This document shows, one piece after another, positions 14,171 to 14,990 of a DNA stretch of 14,990 nucleotides. The DNA comes from an uncultured Nitrososphaerota archaeon. Lineage in GTDB: Archaea; Asgardarchaeota; Njordarchaeia; Njordarchaeales; Panguiarchaeaceae. The notes under the pieces are model-generated. The model was not told the origin of the DNA. It saw nothing but the letters and a program-made list of their open reading frames with translations, and searched no databases. Positions within the stretch are counted from its first letter, which is position 1, and every line of letters starts with the position of its first letter. The stretch is from positions 1 to 14,990 of the forward strand of contig CAZWPQ010000012.1 of the NCBI GenBank assembly GCA_964636085.1, written 5' to 3'. A program made the translations under genes and the position numbers.

Positions 14171-14990
14171 ATGGTGGATTGGGAAGAAATTAGGGAATTA
14201 TTCCCAGCACTAAATGAATTCATATATCTTAATACTGCGTCTAATGGATTGCTCAGCAAGAAGGCCATAGATACTGGAGTAAAATTTCTTAGCGAGCGTA
14301 AATACGGAAGTATGAGATGGATAGAGTGGTATAAAACTATAGACGAAGAACTTAGGAATAGAATTGCACGGCTCCTCAATTGTGATCCTTCTGAGGTTGG
14401 ATTCGTACCAAATACTTCAACGGGGATCAATATGATTGCACACTCTATAAGGTGGGAAAAAGGAATGAATATTGTTACAACAGACATGGAGTTCCCAACG
14501 AATTTATACCCCTGGCAAGTGGTTGCTAGAAGATATGGTCTGGAGATTCGATATGCGCAGAATATTAATGGGATAATTTCAATGGAGGAGTTCGAGACGA
14601 AAGTCGATGATAATACGCAGGCTATTATTGTGTCATGGGTAGAGTTTGCTAATGGATTTACAAATGATCTGAAGGCACTTTCTAGGCTAGCTAGAAAATA
14701 TGGAGCATATATGATCGTGGATGGAATACAGGGAGTTGGATCTATCCCACTTAACCTTGGGGAGGTCGAGATAGACATATTAATATGTGGAATGCAGAAA
14801 TGGTTATTGGGTACGGGGGGAGGATTTATATACATCAATAGTAAGATCCTAGATGATCTTGAAGTCAGTTTCGCTGGTTGGCTGGGGGATGAGCGCCCCT
14901 TCGATTTTTCATTTAGAACGTTTAAGCCCGCAAAAGCGGCAAAGAGGTTTGAACTGGGAACCCCAAGCTTTTTCGACCTGCATATAGCGA
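14171..14990 (+). CDS. Class V PLP-dependent aminotransferase / cysteine desulfurase-like enzyme, 3'-truncated by window edge
   Basis: Absent from the ORF track because it has no stop in the window. My translation: MVDWEEIRELFP...IYLNTAS...FVPNTSTGIN...EFPTN.YPW...VSWVEFANG...VDGIQGVG...CGMQKWLLG (PLP Lys)...RFELGTP. TTTTTATAA at 14123-14131 and GAGGG lie upstream. Confidence 0.9.
   Translation, partial: MVDWEEIRELFPALNEFIYLNTASNGLLSKKAIDTGVKFLSERKYGSMRWIEWYKTIDEELRNRIARLLNCDPSEVGFVPNTSTGINMIAHSIRWEKGMNIVTTDMEFPTNLYPWQVVARRYGLEIRYAQNINGIISMEEFETKVDDNTQAIIVSWVEFANGFTNDLKALSRLARKYGAYMIVDGIQGVGSIPLNLGEVEIDILICGMQKWLLGTGGGFIYINSKILDDLEVSFAGWLGDERPFDFSFRTFKPAKAAKRFELGTPSFFDLHIA

Noticed and set aside
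14110-14838. 242-aa minus-strand ORF in the ORF track
   Set aside because: Antisense shadow of the + strand class V aminotransferase (14171 to the window end), which carries clear family motifs.

Overview
Gene-dense, AT-rich (about 40% GC by eye) archaeal chromosomal window. A Rab-like small GTPase, archaeal-type uS7/uS12 and the branched-chain polyamine synthase BpsA together suggest a thermophilic Asgard-type archaeon (inference). Contents in order: split Fe-S fumarase/tartrate dehydratase alpha (5'-truncated) and beta; an apparent operon of MNT-like, HEPN/DUF86-like, small wHTH, PurM/HypE-like and fucose-isomerase-like genes; a polyamine locus (agmatinase divergent from a pyruvoyl AdoMetDC-family gene, then bpsA); an SPS/MfpsA-like GT4 glycosyltransferase; rps7; an orphan DppD-like ABC ATPase; a membrane-anchored hypothetical; rps12 followed by the Rab-like GTPase; a small membrane protein divergent from a PadR-HAAS pair with a tandem operator; and a 3'-truncated class V aminotransferase that is missing from the ORF track. 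No tRNA, rRNA, CRISPR array or mobile element was seen. Most notable: (1) uS12 has the near-universal decoding loop PNSA replaced by PTGA in a broken str operon; (2) an intact MNT-HEPN pair has lost catalytic residues in both partners; (3) a 70%-GC double hairpin lies directly after the AdoMetDC stop, inside a small ORF that bridges exactly to bpsA. All family assignments come from motif recognition, not database searches.
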